From assembly GCA_000092065.1 (NCBI GenBank), contig CP000590.1: DNA of 64,000 nucleotides; one strand, written 5' to 3'. Positions 9,364 to 19,810 of this stretch are shown piece by piece (the first letter of the stretch is position 1; each line of letters opens with the position of its first letter). This DNA comes from Ostreococcus lucimarinus (taxonomy: Eukaryota). The notes beneath the pieces are model-generated. The model saw only the letters and a list, made by a program, of their open reading frames with translations. It ran no database searches and was not told the origin of the DNA. Made by a program: the position numbers and the translations under genes.

Positions 9364-10725
9364 TTAGAGCCTCGATCGCGGCGGTTTTACGGCGCGTTCG
9401 AGCGCACCGACTAATTCATCGATGTCCTCGTCTCGATGCGACGCGCTGAGCGCGACGCGGAGTCGACACGTTCCCGCGGGCACCGTCGGCGGGCGAATCG
9501 CCGGGACGTGGAATCCTTGGCGTAAGAGCTCTGCAGACGCCGCGAGCGCGGCTTCGGGCGCGCCGACGACGATCGACCCGATCGGACTCACCAACGGTTG
9601 CGTCATCGTCGCGAGCGTGGGCGACTTCGCGAGCGCGGCGTTGAGGCGATCGACGTTGCGCCAGAGCTTGACTCGAATCGACGGGTCGTCGGCGAAGACG
9701 CGCAAGCTCTCGAGCGCCGCCGCGATCACGGGCGCGGGGAGCGCCGTGCTAAACATGTGACCACGCGCGCGCGAGACCAAGAAACGCTTCATCTCGCGCG
9801 AGCACGCGACGAATCCACCGTGCGCACCGACGGCTTTGCTCAGCGTTCCGACGTGCACGTCGACGTCGGCGCATCGCCCACGCGCCTGCGCCACGCCCCC
9901 GCCGCGCTCACCGCACACCAAGGTCGCGTGCGCCTCGTCGAGAATCAACAAGAAACCGTACTTGCGCTTCAACGACGCCAAACGCTCGACGTCGGCGTAA
10001 TCACCATCCATGCTGAATAAACTATCGCTCACCACCGCCGTGCGCTTCGCCGAACACGTCTTCAACTCGCGCTCCAACTCGTCGTAATCCCTGTGCGCGA
10101 ACGTCCGCACCGTCGCACCGCCCTGTCGCGCTAATCGACACCCATCCACGATCGACGCGTGATTCAACGCGTCGCTAAATATACAACAATCCTCCGATCC
10201 GCACGCCGCCGGCAGCGTCGTCGCGTTCGCGGCGAACCCGCTCGGGAACAACACGCACTCTTCCGTCTCGCAAATCCTCGCCAGCTCGCGTTCGAGCGCC
10301 CTGTGCATGTCCGTGTATCCACACACGAGCGCGCTGCTCCGCGGTCCGCACCCGTACGCCGCCGCCGCGTTCGCCGCCGCGCGACGCGTCCGCGCGTGCT
10401 CGCCCAATCCCAAATAATCGTTCCCACTGAACACGCGCAGCGCGCGCGACGTCCCCGCGCCGTCGCACGACTCCCCGAGATCATCATCGTTCGTTCGCCA
10501 CCGCTCGAGCGTGCTCTCGCGCGCGTCGCACGTCGCCGCGGCGTCGTTCGCGTCGCTTTGGTCGATTCGCCGCCGGCGCGGTTGAACCGGTCGCAGGGCG
10601 CGCGCGACGCCCTCGCGCGCGAGTTCGGCGTTCGCGACGGTGAGCCATCGCGTCCAAGCGTCGGGCGTGGACGTGGACGGCGCGCGGGACGAAGGGCTCG
10701 GGTCGTCGTCGGGCTCGGCGCGCAT
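9364..10725 (-). CDS. BIOF: 8-amino-7-oxononanoate synthase (biotin biosynthesis, class II PLP aminotransferase)
   Basis: Motifs present: FSGNDYLGLGEH; PLP-lysine region GTLSKAVGAHGGFV; C-terminal IRPPTVPAGTCRLRVALSASH typical of BioF. ATG at 10723-10725. Confidence 0.8.
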   Translation of the reverse strand: MRAEPDDDPSPSSRAPSTSTPDAWTRWLTVANAELAREGVARALRPVQPRRRRIDQSDANDAAATCDARESTLERWRTNDDDLGESCDGAGTSRALRVFSGNDYLGLGEHARTRRAAANAAAAYGCGPRSSALVCGYTDMHRALERELARICETEECVLFPSGFAANATTLPAACGSEDCCIFSDALNHASIVDGCRLARQGGATVRTFAHRDYDELERELKTCSAKRTAVVSDSLFSMDGDYADVERLASLKRKYGFLLILDEAHATLVCGERGGGVAQARGRCADVDVHVGTLSKAVGAHGGFVACSREMKRFLVSRARGHMFSTALPAPVIAAALESLRVFADDPSIRVKLWRNVDRLNAALAKSPTLATMTQPLVSPIGSIVVGAPEAALAASAELLRQGFHVPAIRPPTVPAGTCRLRVALSASHRDEDIDELVGALERAVKPPRSRL

Positions 10726-10795
10726 GGCGAGGCGACGTCTGCGGCGCGAGGCGTCGACGAATGAATGATGATTTGGATTAAGAATTAATGCGCGC

Positions 10796-12331
10796 TCACG
10801 CGCCGCCCATGGCGTACCAAGCGATCTTTCTGCGAACTGGACCCGTGGCGTTCACCGCGGCGAGACCGAGCGAGCGCGCGAGGGCGACGGGGTAGGTGTC
10901 GTTGGCGAAGAGCTTTTGTAAACCGTCGAGCGCCGCCATCATCGGCGCGTTGGCGGCGACGCTCGCGCGAGCGTACGGATTCAAAGCGTTCACGCTGCCG
11001 ATGTCTTGTCCGAGCGCGCGGGCGTCGGCGATCGCGTTCGCTAAGAGCTCGGCGTCGCGTAAGCCGAGGTTTAAGCCCTGACCGCCGAGCGGGTGGACGA
11101 CGTGCGCGGCGTCGCCGATGAGCGCCAGACGAGGCTTGATCAGGCGCGTCGCGTGGTGCGTGGACAGCGGGAAAGATCCACGCTTGGTGCCTTCGCCCGC
11201 GGGCAATACATCGGGCGGGTAACGAAACGGAGGCGCGAAATCGAGCCGCGCCGCTTCGTCCGCGCCCTCAATCGCGGGGACGCCGACGACTTTGCTCATC
11301 GTCGTCCTCGCCGCGCGCGCGAGCGGCTTAAACACCTGATTCGCCACGTCTTCCACGAAACGCAGCGTCGCGAATCGATTGAAATCTTCTTGGTACTGCG
11401 ACTTGTACGCCCCCTGCCCTTGCAACGCGTCGTGCACCGCCTGCGCGAACTCGGCGTCGCTCGCGTCCTCGGCTAAGCGTTTCGCCTCGCTCGGCGTCGT
11501 CGTCCAAACCACGTTCGAGTACGTCCCGTCTCCGATCGGCAGCAGCGCGATCGGTCCCGTCGGCAAGAATCTTTGCCACGCCGTCGAGTGCGCGCGATCG
11601 GTCCTCACCGTCCCCACCACCGCGCGTTGCCCGTACCCCCACCCCCCGACTTTTATCCCCGCCGCCGTCCGCGTCGCGCTCTTCGGCCCATCCGCCGCGA
11701 CGATCAACCGCGCGTCGATCTCCATCGTCCGCTCGCTCGCTTCACCACCTCCCGCCCCCCCCTCGCGCGTCGTCGTCGCCTTCCCGCCCTTCCCCGCGTC
11801 CTCGACGACGACGGTCGCCCGCGCCGGCGTCCCGCTCGCGTCCTCCTCCGGCGTCTTCGTCGCCGTCACCCGCGCCCTCGCGACGCGTTCGACCCCCAGT
11901 CGCTCGCCCGCGCGCTCCAGCGCCCACAGCACGACCCGATTCTCCGCCACCGTCCCCAGGGACGCCGCGCCGAGCTCCCGCGCGTCGTACGTCGCGTGTC
12001 CGCCGCCGACGCCGTCCCACGCCTGCATCGCGTCGAACGCCCTCGCCCGTCCCGCGCGCTCGATCTCGTCCCACGCCCCCCCGCACTCGTGCGCCAGAAA
12101 CGCCCTCGACCGCGGCGTCAGCGCGACGCACCGCGCGTCGATCGCGTCGTCGCGCTTCGGCGCCGGATTCGCGTCCCCACCGTCGACGACGACGACGCGC
12201 AGATCTTTCGTCGCGTCGCGCGCGCGGAGCGCGCACGCGAGCGCGGCGCCGGCGACGCCGCCGCCGACGACGAGGACGTCCGCGACGTCCGCGCGCGCGC
12301 GCGTCGCGACGCCGCGCTGAATCGCGCGCAT
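10796..12331 (-). CDS. COQ6: ubiquinone biosynthesis FAD-dependent monooxygenase COQ6 (UbiH/UbiF family)
   Basis: FAD-binding VLVVGGGVAGAALACAL; ADGPKSATR...GW.YGQ; LIGDAAHVVHPLGGQGLNLGLRDAELLA. ORF extends to 13123 as Arg-rich junk; the real ATG (MRAIQRGV) is at 12329-12331. Confidence 0.85.
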   Translation of the reverse strand: MRAIQRGVATRARADVADVLVVGGGVAGAALACALRARDATKDLRVVVVDGGDANPAPKRDDAIDARCVALTPRSRAFLAHECGGAWDEIERAGRARAFDAMQAWDGVGGGHATYDARELGAASLGTVAENRVVLWALERAGERLGVERVARARVTATKTPEEDASGTPARATVVVEDAGKGGKATTTREGGAGGGEASERTMEIDARLIVAADGPKSATRTAAGIKVGGWGYGQRAVVGTVRTDRAHSTAWQRFLPTGPIALLPIGDGTYSNVVWTTTPSEAKRLAEDASDAEFAQAVHDALQGQGAYKSQYQEDFNRFATLRFVEDVANQVFKPLARAARTTMSKVVGVPAIEGADEAARLDFAPPFRYPPDVLPAGEGTKRGSFPLSTHHATRLIKPRLALIGDAAHVVHPLGGQGLNLGLRDAELLANAIADARALGQDIGSVNALNPYARASVAANAPMMAALDGLQKLFANDTYPVALARSLGLAAVNATGPVRRKIAWYAMGGA

Positions 12332-12403
12332 GATTCGATTCGATTCGATTTCGCGCGCGCGAGTGACGACGCGAATCCGCGACGCGCGCGCGCGACGACC
12401 GCG

Positions 12404-13984
12404 ATGGCGCTCGCGCGCGCGCGCGCGAGCGCGACGCATGATCCGCGCGCGCCGTCGCGGCGGCGCGACCGCGCGACGGCGCGACGACGCGCGACGACGC
12501 GACGACGCGACGGCGCGACGGCGACGGCGACGGCGACGACGAGAGACGCGGCGACGGCGACGGCGACGGCGCGACGACCGTCGGCGCGCGCGCGCGGACG
12601 CGCGACGACGCAACGGACGCGCGCGTCGACGGAGGACGACGGCGACGTCGGGGCGTCGGCGCGCGGCGACGGCGCGCGCGCGGCGACGACGCTCGGGCTG
12701 CCGCGAGACGTCTACGAGCCCCTGCGCACGCTGCTCGCGTCGCAGTTCGTGCTGTTCCTGGGCGTCGGGGCGCTGCTGCCGGCGCTGCCGCTGTACGCGC
12801 AGTCGATCGGGCTGTCGAGCTCGGCGAACGGGGTGGTGATCAGCGCGCCGGCGCTGGCGATGCTGACGCTGAACCTGCCGCTGGGGCGGGCGACGGATCG
12901 ATACGGAAGGAAACCGCTGATGATGGGAGGGATGGTGGTGATGGCGCTCGCGGACGTGGGAACGGCGATGTCGAGGAGCGTCGCGGCGCTGGTGCCGATG
13001 CGGATGCTGCTGGGAGTCGGACGCGCGGGGTGCGAGTGCGGAGACAGGGCGTATCTGGCGGATTTGTGCGCGCGGGTGCCGGAGAAGCGAGGAATCATCG
13101 TCGCGGGACAGAGCACGGTGCACGCGGTTGGGTTGGTGATAGGACCGTTGTTAGGAGGGAGATTGATGGAGGCGTACGGTGCGCCCGCGGCGTTTTATTA
13201 CGTCGCCGCGGCGGCGGTCGGGACGGCGATCGGGTATTCGTTTTTGCCCGAGACGCTCACGGAGGAGACGCGCGAGGCGGCGGAATTAAAGGCGACGATG
13301 GACGAGGAGGACGGAGGAATGTTTGAAGGGCTTAACCCTTTCATGTCGAGCGACGAGCGCGAAGAGTTGCGGGAACGCAAGAGTCAGCGCGAGTCGAGCA
13401 GTTGGTTGACGCTGTTGGCGAATCGCGAGCAGCGCGTGTTGTTGTTGTGTGCGTCGGCGAATTCCCTGGGTTTCGTCGCCAAGCTCACCGTGATTCCGCT
13501 CTACGCCTCCGGGCACCTGGACGCGTCGCCCGCGGAGGTTGGAAACTTGTTCTCCATCACCGCGTTGTTAGGTCTGGCGACCGCCCCGCTGAGCGGTTTG
13601 GCGGCGGATAAATTTGGCAAAAAAGTCGTCGTCGGCGCCGCGCTCGCCGCGTGCGCCACGGGTTTGTTCTTCGGCGCCCAGTCGCAGACGCAATCTGAGT
13701 TGATATTTTTCATCGGCGCGTGGGGCATCGGGACCGCCGCGGCCGGTCCCGCGATCAACGCCCTCGCGCAAGAGCTCGCCCCCAAGGGTGGCGAAGGCGA
13801 AGCCCTGACGCTTCCGAAATCCGCCGCCGATTTCATCTTCCTCATCGGACCTCTCGTCCTCGGCGTATTGGACGATTTCATCGGTACCGACAACGCCGGC
13901 ATGATCTTATGTTCCTCCGCCGCCGCCATCGCCGCCGCGAGTTGTTTCTTTCTCCCCGCCGCCGTCGAGCGCGTCGACCGTTGA
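12404..13984 (+). CDS. major facilitator superfamily transporter
   Basis: 12 predicted TM helices in two 6-TM halves. MFS loop motif GRATDRYGRKPLMMGG. ATG at 12404, divergent from COQ6 (72 bp apart). N-terminal 100 aa are low-complexity R/T/A-rich, encoded by GCGACG-type repeats. Confidence 0.75.
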   Translation: MALARARASATHDPRAPSRRRDRATARRRATTRRRDGATATATATTRDAATATATARRPSARARGRATTQRTRASTEDDGDVGASARGDGARAATTLGLPRDVYEPLRTLLASQFVLFLGVGALLPALPLYAQSIGLSSSANGVVISAPALAMLTLNLPLGRATDRYGRKPLMMGGMVVMALADVGTAMSRSVAALVPMRMLLGVGRAGCECGDRAYLADLCARVPEKRGIIVAGQSTVHAVGLVIGPLLGGRLMEAYGAPAAFYYVAAAAVGTAIGYSFLPETLTEETREAAELKATMDEEDGGMFEGLNPFMSSDEREELRERKSQRESSSWLTLLANREQRVLLLCASANSLGFVAKLTVIPLYASGHLDASPAEVGNLFSITALLGLATAPLSGLAADKFGKKVVVGAALAACATGLFFGAQSQTQSELIFFIGAWGIGTAAAGPAINALAQELAPKGGEGEALTLPKSAADFIFLIGPLVLGVLDDFIGTDNAGMILCSSAAAIAAASCFFLPAAVERVDR

Positions 13985-14372
13985 GCCCGTCTTCGCGTCT
14001 TCGCGTCTTCCCATCCCTCCCCTCGCGCCCCGCGCCCGCGCGCGTCGCGCGCTGCGTATTTTTCCTAGTTTATTCCCGCCTTTTTCCGTCGCGTCATCGC
14101 GTTTCGCGTCGTGTAAAAGATTCGAGACTTTGTTCGTTCGCCTCGCGCGCGCGTCCCGGTCGGCTGGACAGTCTCCGGGTCGCCCGACGCATCGTTCGTT
14201 CGCGCGCCGCACACCACCGCGCGCGGTGGCGCCACCGCGCGCGCACGTTCGCGCGCGAGAGCGATCGTCGATCGTCGCGCGCCCGCGCTCGCGCGCTCGC
14301 GCGCTCGCGACGCCGCGCGCGCCGTAAAAGCGACGCATTCAATCAAAGTCGTTAATTCCAATCGGCGCGGAG

Positions 14373-15422
14373 ATGACGCCCTCGCGCCGCGCCGCGCGCG
14401 TGTTCGCGAACGCCGCGGCGGTGGCGCGCGCGTCGGGAACGCTCGCGGCGCGGGACGGCGCGCCGGGGACGCGCGCGGCGACGCTGACGACGTGGGCGAA
14501 GGTTGGACGCGCGAGCGGGACGCGCGGGACGACGCGGGCGGACGCGACGAGCGCCGCGCGAGCGACGCGAGCGTGGATCGGACGGACGCTGACGTCGGCG
14601 AGCGATGCGACGTGGAAGAGAAACGGCGGTAACGATAATCAGAGAGCCGGGGGAGGCGCGGGTGGGGTCGGGGGCGGGAACGACGGCGCGGCGGCGGCGA
14701 GGAACGGCGCGACCGGGGACGCGGCGCCGGGCGACGGGAAGGATAAGAACATCTTGGATAACTTGTTAAAGTCGCACGATATCGTGCAGATGCTGGAGGC
14801 GCTCGAGGACATGGGGACGACGAAGGATACGATCTCGTTGGGCGAGCTCGAGGCGTTCGTGCGCGATCAAACGTCGCCGCCGCGGTCGGCGGAGGAGACG
14901 GCGATCAAAGTTAAACTGCTCGAAGAGTGCGGCGCGGTGCTCATTCTCGAAGATATGGTATATTTGCACCCACGAGACGTCACGAGCGCGGTATTGCGCG
15001 TGCTGCCGGGCGTTCCCTCGAAAGTATACGGCATCACCGACGCCGATTTGCAAGCCATGACGAACGAGTTTGAGACGATGAAGGAAAATTACAAAGTCGC
15101 TCGACGACGCGCCGAGGCGCGCTCGCGAACGATCATATCGAGCGGATTAATCGTTCTGTGCCTACAGCTCGCCACATTCGTGCGATTGACGTATTATGAA
15201 TTCTCGTGGGACGTCATGGAGCCGTTGTCGTACTTTGTCGGCCTCTGCAACGCGATCCTGGTGTACGTGTACTACTTATGGAACCGCCGAGACTTCTCCT
15301 TCGAGACTTGGCAAAACTCCCTCGCGGGTAAATACGCGGACAGTCATCTCAGACGAAGCGGCTTCGATCTCGACCGTTACGTCGCCCTGAGCAAACGTCT
15401 CCGCCGCTCCGCTCGCAAGTGA
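14373..15422 (+). CDS. MCU: mitochondrial calcium uniporter (MCU) family protein
   Basis: Coiled-coil, two TM helices, and the pore signature YYEFSWDVMEPLSYF (the DIME motif, here DVME). Mitochondrial presequence at the N-terminus. ATG at 14373. Confidence 0.8.
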   Translation: MTPSRRAARVFANAAAVARASGTLAARDGAPGTRAATLTTWAKVGRASGTRGTTRADATSAARATRAWIGRTLTSASDATWKRNGGNDNQRAGGGAGGVGGGNDGAAAARNGATGDAAPGDGKDKNILDNLLKSHDIVQMLEALEDMGTTKDTISLGELEAFVRDQTSPPRSAEETAIKVKLLEECGAVLILEDMVYLHPRDVTSAVLRVLPGVPSKVYGITDADLQAMTNEFETMKENYKVARRRAEARSRTIISSGLIVLCLQLATFVRLTYYEFSWDVMEPLSYFVGLCNAILVYVYYLWNRRDFSFETWQNSLAGKYADSHLRRSGFDLDRYVALSKRLRRSARK

Positions 15423-15716
15423 CGGACGCCCTCGTCGACGCGTCGGGGAATCGACGACCCCGCCTCATCGCCTCGCGCGCGTCTCCGCGCGCTCTCGACC
15501 GCGCTCGACCGTATTTTTTAATACCAACGATATTTCGAGCCGCGCGCACGATTCCCGCGTCGCGCGTCGCGCGCTCGGTCGCGTCGTCTCGCCTCGCCTC
15601 GCCGCCGCGCGCCTCGTCCGGGTTTCCGGGACGATCTGAGCCTCACTTTTCCGCGCGCGCGTCCACGCGCACGCCGCGCCCACGACGCCCGCTCGCGCCG
15701 CGCGCGCGCACGAACC

Positions 15717-16616
15717 ATGCCCCAAGTCCCTCTGGTGTGCCACGGGCACTCTCGACCGATCGTCGCGCTGGAATACTCGCGCGTGACGCCGGACGGGGTG
15801 TTTTTGATTTCCAGCTCCAAGGATGGCCAACCGATGCTGCGCTGCGGCGACAGCGGAGACTGGGTCGGCACGTTCCAGGGACACAAAGGATGCGTGTGGG
15901 ACGCCACGCTGAACGGAGAGGCGACGCACGCGGCGACGGCGAGCGCGGATTTCAGCGCGCGGCTGTGGAACGCGATCACGGGGGACGAGTTGCGAACGTT
16001 TCAACATAAACACATCGTGAAGAGCGTGAATTTTTCGAACGATGGCGGAAGGTTGTTGACCGGGGGAAGCGAAAAGTTACTGCGGATATACGATTTGAAT
16101 AAACCGGAAGCGGAGCCGTACGCGATGGCGGGGAGCGCGTCGCAGATTAAGACGGCGAGTTTCATCGCGAACGACGAGCTGATTTTGAGTTCGTGCGCGG
16201 AGGATAAGGGGATTCGCGTGTGGGACGTGCGCACGAATACGGTGGTGACGACGCTGAGCACGGAATCGCCCGTGATGTCGATCGAGGTGAGCGCGGATGG
16301 GAAGAACATGACGACGGCGGACGGAAAGGACGTGACTTTTTGGGATTTGCAAAACTTTTCCAAGGTGCAAAAGTGGACAATGGAGTACGAGGTCGAGAGC
16401 GCTTCGGTGAGTTTGAAGCACAAAAAGTTTGTCGCGGGAGGTCCGGACATGTGGGTGCACTTGCACGACATGGAGACCGGCGCGGAGGAACAGACAAACA
16501 AGGGGCACCACGGGCCCGTGCACTGCGTGAGGTTCGCCCCCGATCAAAACAGCTACTGCAGCGGGTCCGAGGACGGTACGATTCGTATTTGGCAAACGAT
16601 CGAGCCTAAAGATTGA
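15717..16616 (+). CDS. STRAP: serine-threonine kinase receptor-associated protein (STRAP/UNRIP), WD40 repeat
   Basis: Near-colinear with metazoan STRAP: HSRPIVALEYS, DGQPMLRCGDSGDWVGTFQGHKGCVW, LLRIYDLNKPEAEP, GHHGPVHCVRFAPD, GSEDGTIRIWQ. 299 aa. Confidence 0.9.
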   Translation: MPQVPLVCHGHSRPIVALEYSRVTPDGVFLISSSKDGQPMLRCGDSGDWVGTFQGHKGCVWDATLNGEATHAATASADFSARLWNAITGDELRTFQHKHIVKSVNFSNDGGRLLTGGSEKLLRIYDLNKPEAEPYAMAGSASQIKTASFIANDELILSSCAEDKGIRVWDVRTNTVVTTLSTESPVMSIEVSADGKNMTTADGKDVTFWDLQNFSKVQKWTMEYEVESASVSLKHKKFVAGGPDMWVHLHDMETGAEEQTNKGHHGPVHCVRFAPDQNSYCSGSEDGTIRIWQTIEPKD

Positions 16617-16718
16617 GTCCGGTCGTGTTGTCCTTCTATTAAATTAGTTCTAGTTCTCTAGTGGATTTTGTGAATTGTTGAATCGGAGGTAGACGAACCA
16701 CCCGACGAACCACGCTCG

Positions 16719-17546
16719 TCACGCAAATTTCTTCTTGATGTTTTTCACGATCGTCTCCACCCAATCGAGCGCGGAAAACGCGAACCAACCGATGGCGATG
16801 ATCAGCGCCGAATGTAGCACGCTCAGCATACTCGGCTCAGCCTTGAGAAACGGCTCAACGTACCTCAAGCCGACGAAGAACCACGTGAGCGCGGTGGTTG
16901 ACCCCACGGCGTAACCCACGATGACTTGCGGTGGCGTGTGATACCCCGTACTCACGCGCAAATAACTCAAAAACATCCCCATTATCACTAAAACAAAGCT
17001 CGCCACGAGCTGTCCCGCGTATCCGAGCGCCGGCGCCGCGTCTCGAAAGTACGCCAACGCCGTCGCCGCGTACACGCTCAAATACGACAACGACGTCGCG
17101 TGCGAGCTCGGCATCCCGGGATCAGCCTTGATCGCCCCATCCGGTCGCTCGTGATTCAAGACGCGTTTCAAAATCTTCCCATTGACGCTGTTCACGACGC
17201 TTCCGAGCAGCGCCCAGCACGTCCCCGCGCTCGGGTCGCGCAGCAAGACCCCCAGCGCCGCGCACGAGACGACGAATTTCGTGCTCTCGTTCACGTACGC
17301 CAGGACGGGCGTTTTTTTCGACGAGGGATTTCGCGGCGACGCGCGCGCGTCAGCCGCGTCGTGGGCGCCCGCGCGTGGCGTCGCCGCGCGTCTTCTGGAC
17401 ATCGACATTGGGGACAGTTTAGGAGCGGTCGTCGCGTCGACGACGCGCGAACGGTGGCGAACGAAGGCCGCGCGTGAGCGGAAACGCGTCGTGGATGACG
17501 CCCGTACGAGAACCGCGGATGGCGCGCGGACGCGGGCGATTGACAT
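16719..17546 (-). CDS. PAP2-superfamily lipid phosphate phosphatase
   Basis: PAP2 motifs: KILKRVLNHERP (KX6RP), PSSHA (PSGH), SRVSTGYHTPPQV (SRX5HX3D). Six hydrophobic helices. N-terminal organellar presequence. A later Met (MSMSRRR) is also possible. Confidence 0.7.
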   Translation of the reverse strand: MSIARVRAPSAVLVRASSTTRFRSRAAFVRHRSRVVDATTAPKLSPMSMSRRRAATPRAGAHDAADARASPRNPSSKKTPVLAYVNESTKFVVSCAALGVLLRDPSAGTCWALLGSVVNSVNGKILKRVLNHERPDGAIKADPGMPSSHATSLSYLSVYAATALAYFRDAAPALGYAGQLVASFVLVIMGMFLSYLRVSTGYHTPPQVIVGYAVGSTTALTWFFVGLRYVEPFLKAEPSMLSVLHSALIIAIGWFAFSALDWVETIVKNIKKKFA

Positions 17547-17669
17547 GCACGCGTGGTTATGCCGCGATATCGACGCCGAGGCGCGCTTTATCCGCTTTCG
17601 CGTCGGTTGAATTAAATGGTGTAGTGATCGCTAATGACGTCTCGCCTCGTGTTTCGTGTGTCTTGGATC

Positions 17670-19187
17670 TCAAGCCGCGCGGTCGTAGTATCGATCGAGC
17701 GTCTTGGCGGGAATGCGCTTCAAGAGCTCGCGCGGGAAAATTCTAAGCAGCGACCACGCGAGGTCCAAGGCGTCGTAAATGTTCCGTCCTTCGTTACCCT
17801 GATTGATGAACTTGCGCTCGAATTTGTCCAAGAACTCGAGGTAAAGCAAATCATCGGAGCTCAACGCTTCTTCGCCGACGACGGCTTTCATAGCCAAGGT
17901 GTCTTTGCCGATGGCGTAGTTGGCGTAGAGCTGGTTGGAGACTTCGCCGTGGTCGCGACGCGTCATGCCTTCGCCAATCGCAGACTTCATCAAACGACTG
18001 AGCGATGGCAAAACGTTGATGGGTGGGTAGATTTGTCGGTTATGCAACTGGCGGTCGATGTAAATCTGCCCTTCGGTGATGTATCCCGTCAAATCTGGAA
18101 TCGGGTGCGTGATGTCGTCGTTCGGCATGGTTAAAATCGGCAACTGCGTGATTGAACCTTTTCGTCCTTTGATTCGACCCGCTCGCTCGTAAATCGTAGC
18201 TAAATCGGTGTACATATAACCAGGATAACCTCTTCGCCCCGGGACTTCCTCGCGCGCCGCGCTGACCTCGCGCAAAGCGTCGGCATAGGAAGACATGTCG
18301 GTTAAAATCACCAAGACGTGCTTCCCGCACTCGTACGCCAGGTATTCCGCCGTCGTCAAAGCGATGCGCGGAGTGATGATTCGCTCAATCGTGGGATCAT
18401 TCGCGAGGTTCAGGAACAAAACAACTTTCTCCAAACTTCCAGTCCGTTCGAAATCACGACGGAAAAAGTTTGCCGTCTCCAGGTTGACCCCCATCGCCGC
18501 GAAGACGATGGCGAAGTCGTCTTCGCCCGCCGACGTGCCCGCGTCTCCCCCCTCCACCTCTCGCCCCTCATCGTCCCGCCGTTTCACCAATCCAGCTTGT
18601 CGACAAATCTGCGCCGCAATCTCGTTATGCGGCAAACCCGCCGCACTAAACAATGGAATCTTTTGTCCTCGAGCGATGGAATTCATCACGTCAATGGTCG
18701 ATATTCCCGTCTGTATCATCTCCTCCGGGTACGTCCTTTCGCTCGGATTGATGCTCGCCCCTTGGATATCCAAATATTTCTCCGCCATCACCGGCGGTCC
18801 ACCGTCGATGGGATTCCCAGATCCGTTAAAGATCCGTCCCAACATATCCTCGCTCACCGGCGTCTTCAGCACTTCCCCCGTAAACTCCAACTCGGTCCTT
18901 TTCCCATCGATCCCGCTCGTGCCTTCGAATATCTGCACCACCGCGCGTTCACCATCGACCTCGAGCACTTGTCCGCGCCTGAGCGTGCCGTCGCCGAGCT
19001 TCACGTTGACGATTTCGGCGTACTTTGCGTTCGAAACTTGATCTAAAATCACCAGCGGACCCGCGACGGCGCGCACGGTTCGATACGTCAGCTTCGGGTC
19101 GATCGCATCGATCGCGTCGATCGTCGCCTTCGCGGCGGCGATCTGCGTGCGCGCGAAATCGCTCGCGAGCGCGTCCGCGGGCGACAT
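17670..19187 (-). CDS. VHA-B: V-type proton ATPase subunit B
   Basis: Colinear with V-ATPase B over about 490 aa: [87 protein letters not shown]. Has a lineage-specific acidic insertion ([24 protein letters not shown]). ORF extends to 19313; the real ATG (MSPADAL) is at 19185-19187. Confidence 0.9.
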   Translation of the reverse strand: MSPADALASDFARTQIAAAKATIDAIDAIDPKLTYRTVRAVAGPLVILDQVSNAKYAEIVNVKLGDGTLRRGQVLEVDGERAVVQIFEGTSGIDGKRTELEFTGEVLKTPVSEDMLGRIFNGSGNPIDGGPPVMAEKYLDIQGASINPSERTYPEEMIQTGISTIDVMNSIARGQKIPLFSAAGLPHNEIAAQICRQAGLVKRRDDEGREVEGGDAGTSAGEDDFAIVFAAMGVNLETANFFRRDFERTGSLEKVVLFLNLANDPTIERIITPRIALTTAEYLAYECGKHVLVILTDMSSYADALREVSAAREEVPGRRGYPGYMYTDLATIYERAGRIKGRKGSITQLPILTMPNDDITHPIPDLTGYITEGQIYIDRQLHNRQIYPPINVLPSLSRLMKSAIGEGMTRRDHGEVSNQLYANYAIGKDTLAMKAVVGEEALSSDDLLYLEFLDKFERKFINQGNEGRNIYDALDLAWSLLRIFPRELLKRIPAKTLDRYYDRAA

Positions 19188-19413
19188 GACGTCGGTTCGC
19201 GCGCGCTTCGCGGTGTGAGGTCGACGTCGCGCGCGCCGCGCTCGACGCGTCCGACCGACGACGCGCCGCGCGCGCCGCGCGCCGCCGAATCGCGTCGACC
19301 GAATCGCGCGCATCTTCTACGTCGATATTATTACAACGATCGCGCGCGATCGTTCCCTCGCGCGTCGCCTCGCCCGCGTCCCGCGTCCCGCGTCCCGCGT
19401 CTCGCGCCCGCCC

Positions 19414-19704
19414 CTAGTTAAAGTACAGCTCCAGATTCATCCCGTCGTGAATCTCGTAATCGTCCAGCGTGATGTGATCCTTATAAATCGTGTACCACTT
19501 CTGTATCCGTATCTTCTCCGGCCGCGTCCCCGTCTGCGCGGCGACGAGTTTCTTTAAATCACCGATGGTGTCGTCCTCGCTGCGCCGTCGAAACAAACCG
19601 CGCGCGCGTCAGTCGCGCGTCGCGCGCCCCGTCGGATCGTCGACGCACTTGCACTTGACGCGTATCTTCTTCCCGAGTCGGTCGTTCAGCGTGATCTCGA
19701 TCAT
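19414..19704 (-). CDS. UBL5: ubiquitin-like protein 5 (UBL5/Hub1), two exons
   Basis: join(19649..19704, 19414..19579) on the minus strand encodes a 73-aa protein, [73 protein letters not shown], colinear with UBL5. The ORF track only caught exon 2. Exon 1 plus the GTGCGT...CAG intron were found by hand. Confidence 0.85.
19580..19648 (-). other. UBL5: intron (69 nt) of UBL5
   Basis: Donor GTGCGT, branch-like ACTGAC 32 nt before the acceptor, polypyrimidine GGTTTGTTTCG, acceptor CAG. Splicing restores a perfect UBL5 reading frame. Confidence 0.8.
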
Positions 19705-19721
19705 CGTCGCGCGCGCGAGTG

Positions 19722-19760
19722 TCGTTCGTTCGTTCGTTCGTTCGTTCGTTCGTTCGTTCG
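19722..19760. repeat. (TCGT)n / (GTTC)n microsatellite, about 9.5 units
   Basis: tcgttcgttcgttcg... in the 106-bp divergent intergenic region between UBL5 (-) and the Nudix gene (+). Confidence 0.9.
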
Positions 19761-19810
19761 GCGTCGCGTCACGTCGCGACGCGGCCGTCGCGCGCGTCGC
19801 GCGTCGCGCG

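Noticed and set aside
12330-12839. ORF 12330..12839 (+) starting exactly at the COQ6 start codon.
   Set aside because: It is R/A-rich (RRRRRRRRETRRRRRRRRDDRRRARADARRR) and is a different frame of the low-complexity 5' region of the MFS transporter gene. An artefact.
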